Shown here: positions 1-9,600 of the stretch, piece by piece
How the letters are laid out: every line of letters begins with the position of its first letter
Numbering within the stretch: position 1 is the first letter of the stretch
Source: Selaginella moellendorffii
Lineage: Eukaryota; Plantae; Lycopodiophyta
Assembly (NCBI RefSeq): GCF_000143415.4
Contig: NW_003314378.1
Coordinates: 418,746 to 434,379 of the forward strand
Reading direction: 5' to 3'
Length of the DNA: 15,634 nucleotides
Program-made: the position numbers and the translations under genes
The notes under the pieces: generated by a model
Databases searched by the model: none
Told to the model about the DNA's origin: nothing
The model's input: the letters and a program-made list of their open reading frames with translations, nothing else

Positions 1-59
1 AGAACAACTAAGAATTTATACTTGTTATTTGTATCATCTCACCGTAAGGCCACATGCCA

Positions 60-2412
60 TCACGCCTCCTCTGATTCAGATTCGGATTGTTCACCTTGAA
101 ATAAAATACATTAGAAACTTAGTAAAGGAATATTAATGAATCTCACCTTGAACCCGGGTTATGAATGCTCTTGCTGCATCTCTTGCATGGTCTGGCAAGG
201 TGATGGTGGCACTCTGCTTCCGCATCCAACCATGCACAACATTATCCACCGATATGCTCATGCTGGGATCCCTTGGATTCAGCACCCATCTCTTTTCTAG
301 GCAATCCTTCGTATATCCGGAACTTGGCTTGAACCACTCCACAGTTACATTGAAGGAGTTAGTTTCTGCGTCCTCCTCTGCATCAGTGATGCAACGCCCC
401 ACCCATATCATTTGTTTTTTATTACTGGGTCTAACAAGCACGACCATTCCTTTGCAGACCTGTACTGGATTGAATGCTGAATCCGGCTTCTTGTTCCTCG
501 GCCCACAATAGTGATCCTCAACATCGTTATCTGTCACTGCATTTCTAGAGGACATTGTTTTGCTACTATCTGGTGCTCTGGGTTCTGGCCAAAAGGACTC
601 TTCCAATTCTTCATATACAACCGGCCCATTTTGGATAGCAGATATAATCTTCTCCCAGTATTCGAGCAAAGGCTTGCACCTCTGAAAATAGGATTCTCCA
701 CCAAACACCAACCCCCTCTTCCAGAAGGCAATATGCTGTCTAATCCCGGCCACTATACTTTCCTGGTCTTTGAGTCCATCCGGGTGCATCGGCCGTGGGG
801 AACCCTGAGGAATCATAGGTTCCCCAGTTATGGGATCTCTCTTGAAGAGTTTAATGCCGTCCACTGGCAGCCACACTGTGTCCCATTCTCTCATCTTGTA
901 CCTCATCACTGGAGCACCGTCACGCATGCTGAAATGAAACTGAAGAGGCTTGGAGTGGCCAATCAGCGTTTCGGATCCGTCCCTGATGTAGCCTCTTACA
1001 AACCCCTTAAAGTCTGGAACCTCTGTCACAAGTGCAGCTTCAACAGTGCCTTTGATGCAATTTTGGAATTCATCGTAGAGTTGTGGGAGGGTGAGGACAT
1101 TGGATCGCCGGAGGGACTCTGCCAGGTGACTGAACATGGCATCGACGTCTTCATGAGTGTGCCCAACCATGAGAAAGCCAAGTGTAACCATTTCAAATAT
1201 GCCTTTGGCAACAAGCATCGCCAAGTACGCGAAGACGTACATGTTTTTGTTCTCACTGCCAGCATTGTCTGTTTGGAGCAGAAGATGGGGTGGAAGGCCA
1301 CATCGGCCGCAAGAACTTCCTTGAGATTCTGCTTCGTTTGGATGAGGCTGTGCATTCACCGGGCGACCAGCCTCGTCGGAATGGCATGAGGCCTCACGTG
1401 ATAACCCTACAATCTGACGGCCAACATATTCACTGGGATGGCATGGGGCCCCACGCAATACTGCAAGCCTTTGCTCCTCCTCCAGCTAAACCCTGTATGG
1501 GGTTCGATTGACAAGGGCCTTATGCAAGGGTTGGCCGTTCAGCTCAGTCTGTGCACTTTGCAAAGACCTTAAGTGTTTTGCTAGGGACGCAATCATCATG
1601 TTTGCACCCCCGCCACCCCATAGAGGTACAAAGAAGTTACCATAGTTCTGGGCACCATGCCCATGAGTGATTATGCCAAACAGAGACACAGGCAGCTGCA
1701 TGGATGAAGAGATTGCCTTGGGGGCAGGATTGAGTCGAGGTAAGCATGTCTTTTTCTGGTCCATTTTGTCGTGGATGATGTAGAGGTAAGAGTCAGGTCT
1801 CTCCATGGAGAGAATCCTATTATGATAATATGCAGTCATACAGCTTCTCTGCTCGATGTTGTGGTCGAGCCGCCTTCTAACCAACGTCTCTCGCTCTTGA
1901 GCGATGCAAGAATTCTTCGATAAAGCCATTTTGATAGCAGTGCACTCATCACACTTTGAAAAGCTGGAGTACTTTCCTATACTCACATCCCTGAACCTGT
2001 TGCTCCACAATCTACTAAATCTAGATTGGCTCAGCTTCCTGTAGCCATTACTCTGGAGTTCCCGATTCACATCTTCCAATATGGCCCCCTTGGTATACAT
2101 GGAAGGGAGAACTCGTTGGGTGTCTCGTGTTCCATCTTCCAAGAGGCGGGTTTTATGTGGTTGCTACTCGCTACATTTCTTGACAAACCTCTTGAAGATT
2201 GCCTCTCCATATACAACATGACCCCTGGTTTTGTGCGTACCGTGGTTCCCATGGACTGCCTGTTGAACCCTTTGTTCCTCGAACTCAGTTTTGATTCTGT
2301 AGAATGTGGTTCGAGGGACTCCATAAATGATTCTCCATGCCTTCATGCAGACCAAACCCCTCTGGAAGACCATGCCCCCCACCTGATGTTCTGAAGCATC
2401 AACAGATGACCA
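60..2412 (-). pseudogene. Sola1-like (DUF7869-type) DDD transposase, 5'-truncated, with two in-frame TAG stops
   Basis: ORFs 2164..2382, 1486..2142 and 133..1458 are in one frame, separated only by single TAGs at 2166-2164 and 1488-1486. Motifs: VCMKAWRIIYGV, HGN, FSKCDEC..H, IIHDKMDQ, LQTDNAGSENKN, FLMVGHTHEDVDAMFS. A probable 52-bp GT-AG intron (146-95) adds a last exon GEQSESESEEA ending in TGA at 62-60. No start codon; the frame breaks at ~2413-2415. Confidence 0.8.
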
Positions 2413-2416
2413 TCAA

Positions 2417-3002
2417 ATATACCTTCTCACCTTCACTTATAGTTTGCATGATGTAGATAGCTCTTCTCATCATGTTCTCAAATAGTTCTGGTAGTCCTTT
2501 CTTTTTGTTCATCAAGCAGATATTAAGGAAATCCAGAGTTTCTATCTGTCATTTATACGGAAGCTTCAATTTTGCGATATTATAAATTATATCATCTGGA
2601 GTTTTGTTCACTACAAAAGTAAATATGCATAATTGAGAAAAATGAAGTGTGATAAGAAACTTACATTCATGAAAAGAAATTTCAGCTATAGTCTCTAGCC
2701 ACTCCTTCGGCCTACAATTGTCTGCAATGTATCTTAGTTTCTTCAACTTTGAAGAATTTACATGCTGAATTTTATGCTCAATTTGTACGAACTCAATTGA
2801 GAGCTCTTCCCGACTCTTCTCCGATGATATAATTTATAATATCGCAAAATTGAAGCTTCCGTATAAGTGACAGATAGAAACTCTGGATTTCCTTAATATC
2901 TGCTTGATGAACAAAAAGAAAGGACTACCAGAACTATTTGAGAACATGATGAGAAGAGCTATCTATATCATGCAAACTATAAGTGAAGGTGAGAAGGTAT
3001 AT
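2417..3002. repeat. Long inverted repeat: 180-bp arms (2417-2596 and 2823-3002) with a 226-bp spacer
   Basis: ATATACCTTCTCACC...ATTATATCATC is the reverse complement of GATGATATAATT...GGTGAGAAGGTATAT. Two mismatches found by eye. Confidence 0.95.
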
Positions 3003-4364
3003 GTCTGTAACTCATTCTTGAATCTATTGTACATCCACACATGCACATTTTCCAAACCCGCCATTGGGCAATTCCTCCAGTGCTCAAGAAAAGTTTGTAA
3101 ACCCATAAAGCCACTTGTCTTGTCCAAGAAAAAGTAGCATATTAAACACCGAATGTAATAGTGCTTTGTGCTTTCAAGTAGTCCTGCTATGTCAGGAACA
3201 AGATCTTGCAAAAACATGTGGCATTGGTTTTGAAGCATTGGAGGCAATCCCTATCTAATAATAAGATTCAGAATTTCATATATAAGGAGCTCTAGTTCAA
3301 CTTCACTAAAGCCCTCAGTAGAAAAAGGATTATTATATGGAGGTGAAGGTAGAATGTTGGTAGAACTTGGGGATGGAGGTGGAGATTAATATAAATGTTG
3401 GGGGGCTAAGTACAAGTAGCAGTGACTTTCCTTCGAGCCATTTCAATACAAACTTCCAAGGAGCTCAAGGAGAACAAAAAAACTATAATGACTATAACTT
3501 TTCTAGATAGTTTATATATTAAGTTTGAGTCTCGGGAATAAGGTTTATTTATTATAACACTGACGATACTCAGATTCTTTAAATGTCAGTTTTGGAAATG
3601 GGGCTTCATAATCATAGCTTGCTTATAAACATAAGAGCTTCTAGAATTTTAGATTATCGTGTATACACATGCTTTATCATTATAATGAAATCCTACTTTA
3701 CTACACATATATTCTTTTCTACGCATGCCAAATGTTTAGAGAAATAGACTGCAGGGAAATATAGAATACATTATAGTGGCAGAGCACATTGGCACGCTAC
3801 CATTCCCTTATGTGAGATTGCTTTTCAGTCTTGGAAATGTAGATAAAGTTGATTCTTTGATGTGATATTACTTTTGAGTCTTTCGAAAGATTTTAATTTA
3901 TTTTATTATTATTCACAAACAACTCTCGAAAACTTTTAATGAGGATTCACTACAAAAATATATCTTGGTCTTATCATATGAGAGGATTGTGATATAAGCT
4001 GGCAACACAGTTTTTAATATGAATTAATATTTAAATTACAAATATCATGGAAAGTGTTATGGAGTAGATTTCTTGGTGTTTTCCACCGTGCTATTCATTT
4101 CTTCATATCTTTTACTCTGAACTGTTGTTTCAGAAGTAACAAAAGCATTTTTATCAATCATGATAGTGGTCTCCACATTTTCAAATGGGTAATAAAAACG
4201 TAATAACGAATAGGAGTGTAATATGGAAATTGTGGTAATGAAACAAAATTAACATTCTCACATTCCTTTGCACTACAATTGTTACTCATAGATCTTGTAT
4301 TTTCCTTGCTTCCCATCTTCTCAAGAACCGTCAAAAATCTTTTGAATGAAGGAATAGTATCTAC
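2417..4364 (-). pseudogene. AT-rich degenerate gene fragment(s) of unknown identity
   Basis: Protein-like minus-strand stretches (part of 4158..4433; 2963..3247; 2549..2746, continuing past a TGA into QIETLDFLNICLMNKKKGLPELFENMMRR) and a possible GT-AG intron near 2665-2611. Broken by stops, by the inverted duplication and by the Gypsy LTR. No family recognised. Confidence 0.3.
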
Positions 4365-4751
4365 TGTCAAGACCCCTGACAAGATCAACACTGGAAAATG
4401 CAAAAAGACAAAGAGAAAAGCTAGTGGAAACAAAGAAGAGGCCTTAGACTGGTGTTGATTCAGATTGTGGAGAAATGGAACAAGGCTAACCTATATATAC
4501 TATACGTTGATGAAACTCCACCACTCTTGGATCGAGGATGGCCTAAATATAGCTGAGGTCGAGGAGGCGCCACATCATCATCAGGAATGTGGCCTGAGAC
4601 TCAGGAATCGGGAAGTGTCTCGAGAGTCAGGAATAGGGAAGTGTCTTGAGAGTCAAGAATTGGGAAGTGTCTCGAGAGTCAGGAATGTGGTCTGCAGGTC
4701 AGGAATCCGGCGAGAGTCAGGAATGTGGCAAGAATTGGGGGATTCCTGACA
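4365..4751 (-). repeat. 3' LTR (387 bp) of the Ty3/Gypsy element
   Basis: Bounded by TGTCA (4365) and TGACA (4751), directly downstream of the PPT on the minus strand. TATATA at ~4492-4499. Confidence 0.8.
4596..4690. repeat. 26-bp tandem repeat (~3.6 copies) within the LTR
   Basis: GAGAGTCAGGAATNGGGAAGTGTCTC units start at 4596, 4622 and 4648, with a partial unit at 4674. Confidence 0.9.
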
Positions 4752-4764
4752 ACACCCCCTCCTC
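4752..4764 (-). other. Polypurine tract (PPT) of the Gypsy element
   Basis: Minus-strand GAGGAGGGGGTGT lies between the pol stop codon and the LTR start TGTCAGG. Confidence 0.85.
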
Positions 4765-6586
4765 AAGAACGAGTGGAACGAGAATGTGAACGAGAACGAA
4801 GAGGAGGATGAGATGAGCGGCGAGGGATGGGAGATGGAGAAAAAGAATGAGGACTGGGACGAGAAGGATAGCGGCGGTGGAAGTCCTGAACAAGGTCAGG
4901 AGAATGAATCAGGTTGTCCGCAGGTTCCCAAGTGCGTTCCTCAGGTCCGTAACCCTTCCAGTCCACCAAATAGTAGAGTTTAGACCGTGAAATCTTGGAA
5001 TCAAGGATGTCCTGAACCTCGTACTCAGACCCATCCTCGAGCTGCACTGGTGGAGGCGGAGGAATGACCCGATTTGGAATAGGACTGGGAATATAAGGCT
5101 CAAGGAGAGAGGAGTGAAAAACGGGGTGAATTTGATATGAGGAGGGAAGTGCAAGGCGATAAGTCACAGGATTAATGATGGCAGTGATAGGGAAAGGACC
5201 AAGGCGTTTGAAATCGAGTTTTGGACAGGGCCTGGTGGTGGAGATATTTCGCCTAAGGAGCCAGACTTTATCCCCGATATTGTAAGGGGGACAATCCTGA
5301 CGATGGACATTGGCAAATGTTTTATGAGATTCCTGAGCACGATAGAGGTGGAAGGAGATGGAGTTGTGGATTTCCTGGAGGTTGGAGATAAATGCCTCAG
5401 AGTGGGGATTTGAACGAGAGGATTCAGATGGAGAAGGAAGTGAGAGATTGAATCGGGGATTTTGGCCAGAGTTCGCAAAGAAGGGGGAAACTCGAAGAGA
5501 GGAGTGAACAGAGTTGTTATAGGAGAACTCAGCAAGGGGAAGGATATCGAACCAGTTATCCTGATGATAGTTGATGAAGCACCTCAAAAATTGTTCCAAC
5601 GTTTGAATCGTTCGCTCGGACTGCCCATCAGTTTGAGGATGATATGCTGAAGAGAGGTTGGCCTTCACTCCAAGCAGCTGCAAAAACCGTTGCCAGAAAT
5701 GAGAGATGAATTGAGGCCCCCGATCCGAAACCACATCTGTAGGAATCCCATGAAGTCGGAAAATTTCCCTGAATACCAGTTTTGCCATGTCCTCACCCGA
5801 AAATTCCTTGGTACATGGCAAGAAGTGCGCCATCTTTGTGAAGCGATCCACCACGACTAAAATGCTGTTGAAGCCTCCAGAACTCGGAAGATCACTCAAG
5901 AAATCCATGGAGATGGATTCCCAAGGACCTGAAGGGACCGGAAGGGAACGAAGCAAACCTGAAGGAAGGTGGCGAGGTACCTTATTCCGGGCACAAGTGT
6001 CACAGGAGGTAACAAAAGCTTTGATGTAGTCATCCATGTGAGGCCACCAAAAGTCCCGTGCAATTAGCTCATAGGTTTTCGCAATGCCGAAGTGACCAGC
6101 AGTCGGGCTATCGTGGCATGCCATCAGGACCAACCTTCGAGCATCACCTTCAAGAACGTAAAGCTGCTCCCCACGGTACAATAAGCCATCTAAGAACTCG
6201 AACTCGTCAAATCGCCGGCAGTCGGGAGTCACTGGGTGTCCAGCCTAAAGATGGGGGAAGATGTCGCTAGCGAGATCATCGGATTGAAGATCATTTCTGA
6301 TCGCATCCATCAAGGAGGAGTCCTGAGGGGCCAGGGAAATTGCCATAACTTGAAGCTGATCAGGATCGAGGATAACTTGATCCTATTGATCAAAGGCAGG
6401 ATTACCAGGCCTGAGATTGAGATAGGAGCGCCTTGAAAGAGCATCAGGAAGGCCTTGAAACTTTCCAGGTCTGTACTTGATAACAAAGTCAAACCGACTC
6501 AGGAATTGTGCCCACCTTGCTTGACGACGGCTTAAAACTCGGGAAGTGGCAAAGTACTCGAGATTTTTGTGATCCGTCCAGACTGT
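4763..6586 (-). pseudogene. pol: Ty3/Gypsy chromovirus pol, 3' part: RNase H C-terminus, integrase, chromodomain
   Basis: RNase H end [28 protein letters not shown] (~6586-6430); HHCC zinc finger (HDSPTAGH..CDTC); DDE core (SMDF, SDRG, SERT); GPF motif; chromodomain YEVQDILDS..YYLVDWKGYGPEERTWEP. In-frame TAGs at 6385-6383 and 6247-6245. Gag, protease, RT and the 5' LTR are absent. Confidence 0.93.
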
Positions 6587-6600
6587 TGTGATCCGTCAAG

Positions 6601-9600
6601 ACATCTGATGCAGTGGTGAATGGCGTGTGGCCTCACGTTATTTCCAGTTGCTAGCTTTTCATCTGTCAGCTCTAATTGTTGTGCATTTCTGAACAGGCGA
6701 GGAATTGCGTTCTTCTTCCAGCCACTGTCAATGTGGATGCAGAGAAGGAGGAGGAGCTCACCAGTTGGACTTTCGGGATGGAAGGCGAGGATCTGATTCT
6801 ATACAACACAGATGATGGGAGAAAAGAATGCATGGGGATCCTCATCCAAGTGATAGACACTCCATGCAGTTCCATGCAAGAATATGGACTGGCACTTGTA
6901 GTAGAGACAGCGTCCGCCTTCAAGATCCACCTTGCACATCCTAGCGGCTTCCCGGAGGGGGGTAGCGGCTATGAGAAATTCCTAGAGGGAGCTAGGGAGA
7001 GGTTGTCCAGGAGGCCCACAATTTCAAAGACGCTGCGGGTCTATGAAGATCACATGGAATCCACGGACCTCACCTACAGCGATGTTCAAAAACTATATTC
7101 CAATATTGAGCCGTTGAGAGTGCCACCAGTTTGCGAAGCGAAGGGGAAGGGGGTCGATCTGGAAACTACCCCGAAGCAAAAAAGGGTGGTCAAGCTCAAG
7201 CCGACGTCTGACTCTGCTGCTCCAAAAAAGAAGCTACTCGGTGATGCCATTGCCTCGGGTTCGAACACTACACCCACCAAAAAGAAGAGCCGCAAAGAGC
7301 AGAAAGAGCAAGAAGAGGCAGCAAAAATCGTTGCAGATAATAGTACTTGTTACTATTCCAACAAAGTATATACAATCGACATGAGCCGTATCGACATCCA
7401 AAGCAAATACAACCACTGGCTAGTATCTGATGAGTGGGTGGAGAAACTGAAGCAGAAGATGCTGGCAAGTCCAGTAACACCCGACATCGCAGACGTGATC
7501 CCCTACTACCGAACAATGAAGGGCAAGACGAGGTTTCCAGACTTGATCAATAGGAAGGTGTTGGACGATCAGAACATCCGGTTCTATGCCGTCTCCGGGC
7601 AGCATTCTAGCTTGGTGATGCAAGAGATAGTTGTGGATATTATGGTGGGCGAGGAGGTGAAGAAAGTCTTCAAGACAAGAGTTGTCCGCCTGATAAAAGG
7701 CAACTCACCCCTCCGATCTATCATATACATCTCCCACGCGCAGAATGTCAAGCAAGAAATGTGCTATAAATCGGGTCTGCATGAGACATTGGCACGAATA
7801 CGGAAGCTCTGGGTTCAACTGAAGAAGCCACAAAAACCAGGACAAGGACATGCACTAGCAACTAGCGCCTGGCAGGTAAGCCTCGTTGCATGTGGCATAG
7901 CATGTGGCCTCACGCCATTTCCATTGCAGGAATTCTCGAGTCTTCTCTCGAAAACACTGGGGGTCAATGACACACTCAGCATCCATAACATTTTACTCGC
8001 GACAAAAGTTGTTTTTGACAAATTGGTAGATGTGCTGAGGAGGTACCATGATGGGGAGTTGCTAAACTCAATGGGTGTGGAGGACGGCCGGAAGCCCAAT
8101 GATTTGAAGCTCAAGGCCTTGCGTTTCTTGCGGTCTCTAGACGACGACGACTTTCTGATAGTGACTAATGCTCTTCTACATGGTGAGGTAATCTTCAACA
8201 AGACCAAAATGACTCCCGGCCATATTGTGACATACGAGGACTTGTGCACGACTCTGAGAGCTTGTGCGCTATTGAAGGATTGGATCTTCGAGCAAGTGGC
8301 TGTGGAGAGGGTGAGCATTGACACCACGCAAGAGATGATGGAAGAGCTGGAGTTGTCAAATGAAGACATCGACGACTACGTGAAGGGGGCCCCCAAGTTC
8401 ATCGATTTGCTGCAGGATGCCACGAAAAGTAAAGCTGAGAAGTTGGATCAGTATCCAAATTTCATTAAGAGGGATGTCGACCGCCGGCTTCAGAAACAGC
8501 TCGACCCCGCAGTAGAGGCCTATCGAGAACCTTACCGGGTATACGTGAATTCGGATGAGGATCAAAGGTGGAGGAGCATCGTTTCCTGCGGAGATGAGCA
8601 GGTCAAGAACATCTTTTGTGTGATGGACTTCACAAACGAGGAGATCACTCATGTAGACGAAGTCAGTTCCATCATTGACTTAATGGTGGGACTTGTGGAG
8701 GTGGAATCTTCAGTCCACTATAGGATCTATGACTCCAAATCCTATCACAAGTTCTGGAAGGCCTGAACGAGGTGAAGGCTCGGTTGAAAGGCAAGGAGAT
8801 GCGGGAGATCCATGGGATAATGGCTAAGAAGAAGATACCGACGAATGTCCGCATCTTCACACTCGCCCTTGTTATTGGTCCTGCAGCAGAGTGGGACTGG
8901 AGTGACTTCCCAGCTTCGTTCGACAAGGCCGATCGAATTGATCTGAGGGAGGTCAATTTACCCGTGCCTGAGGAACTGAAGACGGCTATGGAGCTTTCGA
9001 ATCCAAAGAAAGCTCCTGGTGCAGCATGGGAAATGCTCAGCTGGGTCTTCAAAGCAATAGCGGGTGGGTCACCTGCTTCCGACTCCAAGGGCAAATGCGT
9101 TGTCGAGTATAACTACGGCGGACTATTCTTTCGAGCCGCACTACTCAAGGGTGTCCCGTGTGTTGCGGTGACAAACTCCATTAAAGAGGTGACTTCAATG
9201 GAGCATATAATTACAGTTGCCAAAGAAAAACAGTATCTTCTCTGCGAACCTGGTGAGTACGCACTTTAAGGTTAAATGTTATCTCACAAGCTCTGTATGC
9301 AGGAGCGTGGCCACCCCTAGATGCTGAAACAGCATTAACAGCTACTATTGAAGATACCCATGTTGGGCCGAGCTCACAACCTGCACAAGGTAAGGTCACG
9401 TGAGGCCTCACGCCATTTTGATTATAGATCGTTGTGAATATTCAGACACGAGGACTGAAAAGCGCACTGGTGGCGCGTCGAAGAAGGACAAACAGACAAG
9501 CAATAGGAAAAAAGGAGGTACAAATTATATTTGCAATGGCGTGTGGTCTCATGCAGGAGACACTTCTTCAAATGCAAAACAGGCGAGCACCAGCCAAGCT

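Larger units (their letters stand above)
4365..6586 (-). mobile_element. 5'-truncated Ty3/Gypsy chromovirus LTR retrotransposon
   Basis: Order RNase H - integrase - chromodomain - PPT - LTR, truncated inside RNase H. Confidence 0.92.

Noticed and set aside
161-1389. Plus-strand ORFs 161..511 and 511..1389, and other antisense ORFs over the TE genes
   Set aside because: They are shadow frames of the real coding strand and have no recognisable motifs.
2417-3002. Inverted repeat as a MITE or foldback transposon
   Set aside because: There is no TSD (flanks ATCAA and GTCTG), and one arm is continuous with the surrounding reading frame.
6033-6050. Palindrome-like CATGTGAGGCCAC in the Gypsy integrase
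   Set aside because: It is a partial match within constrained coding sequence (WWPHM) and is probably chance.
8600-9200. Active DNA methyltransferase
   Set aside because: There is no DPPY/SPPY/NPPY or FxGxG motif; at most this is a degenerate fold.
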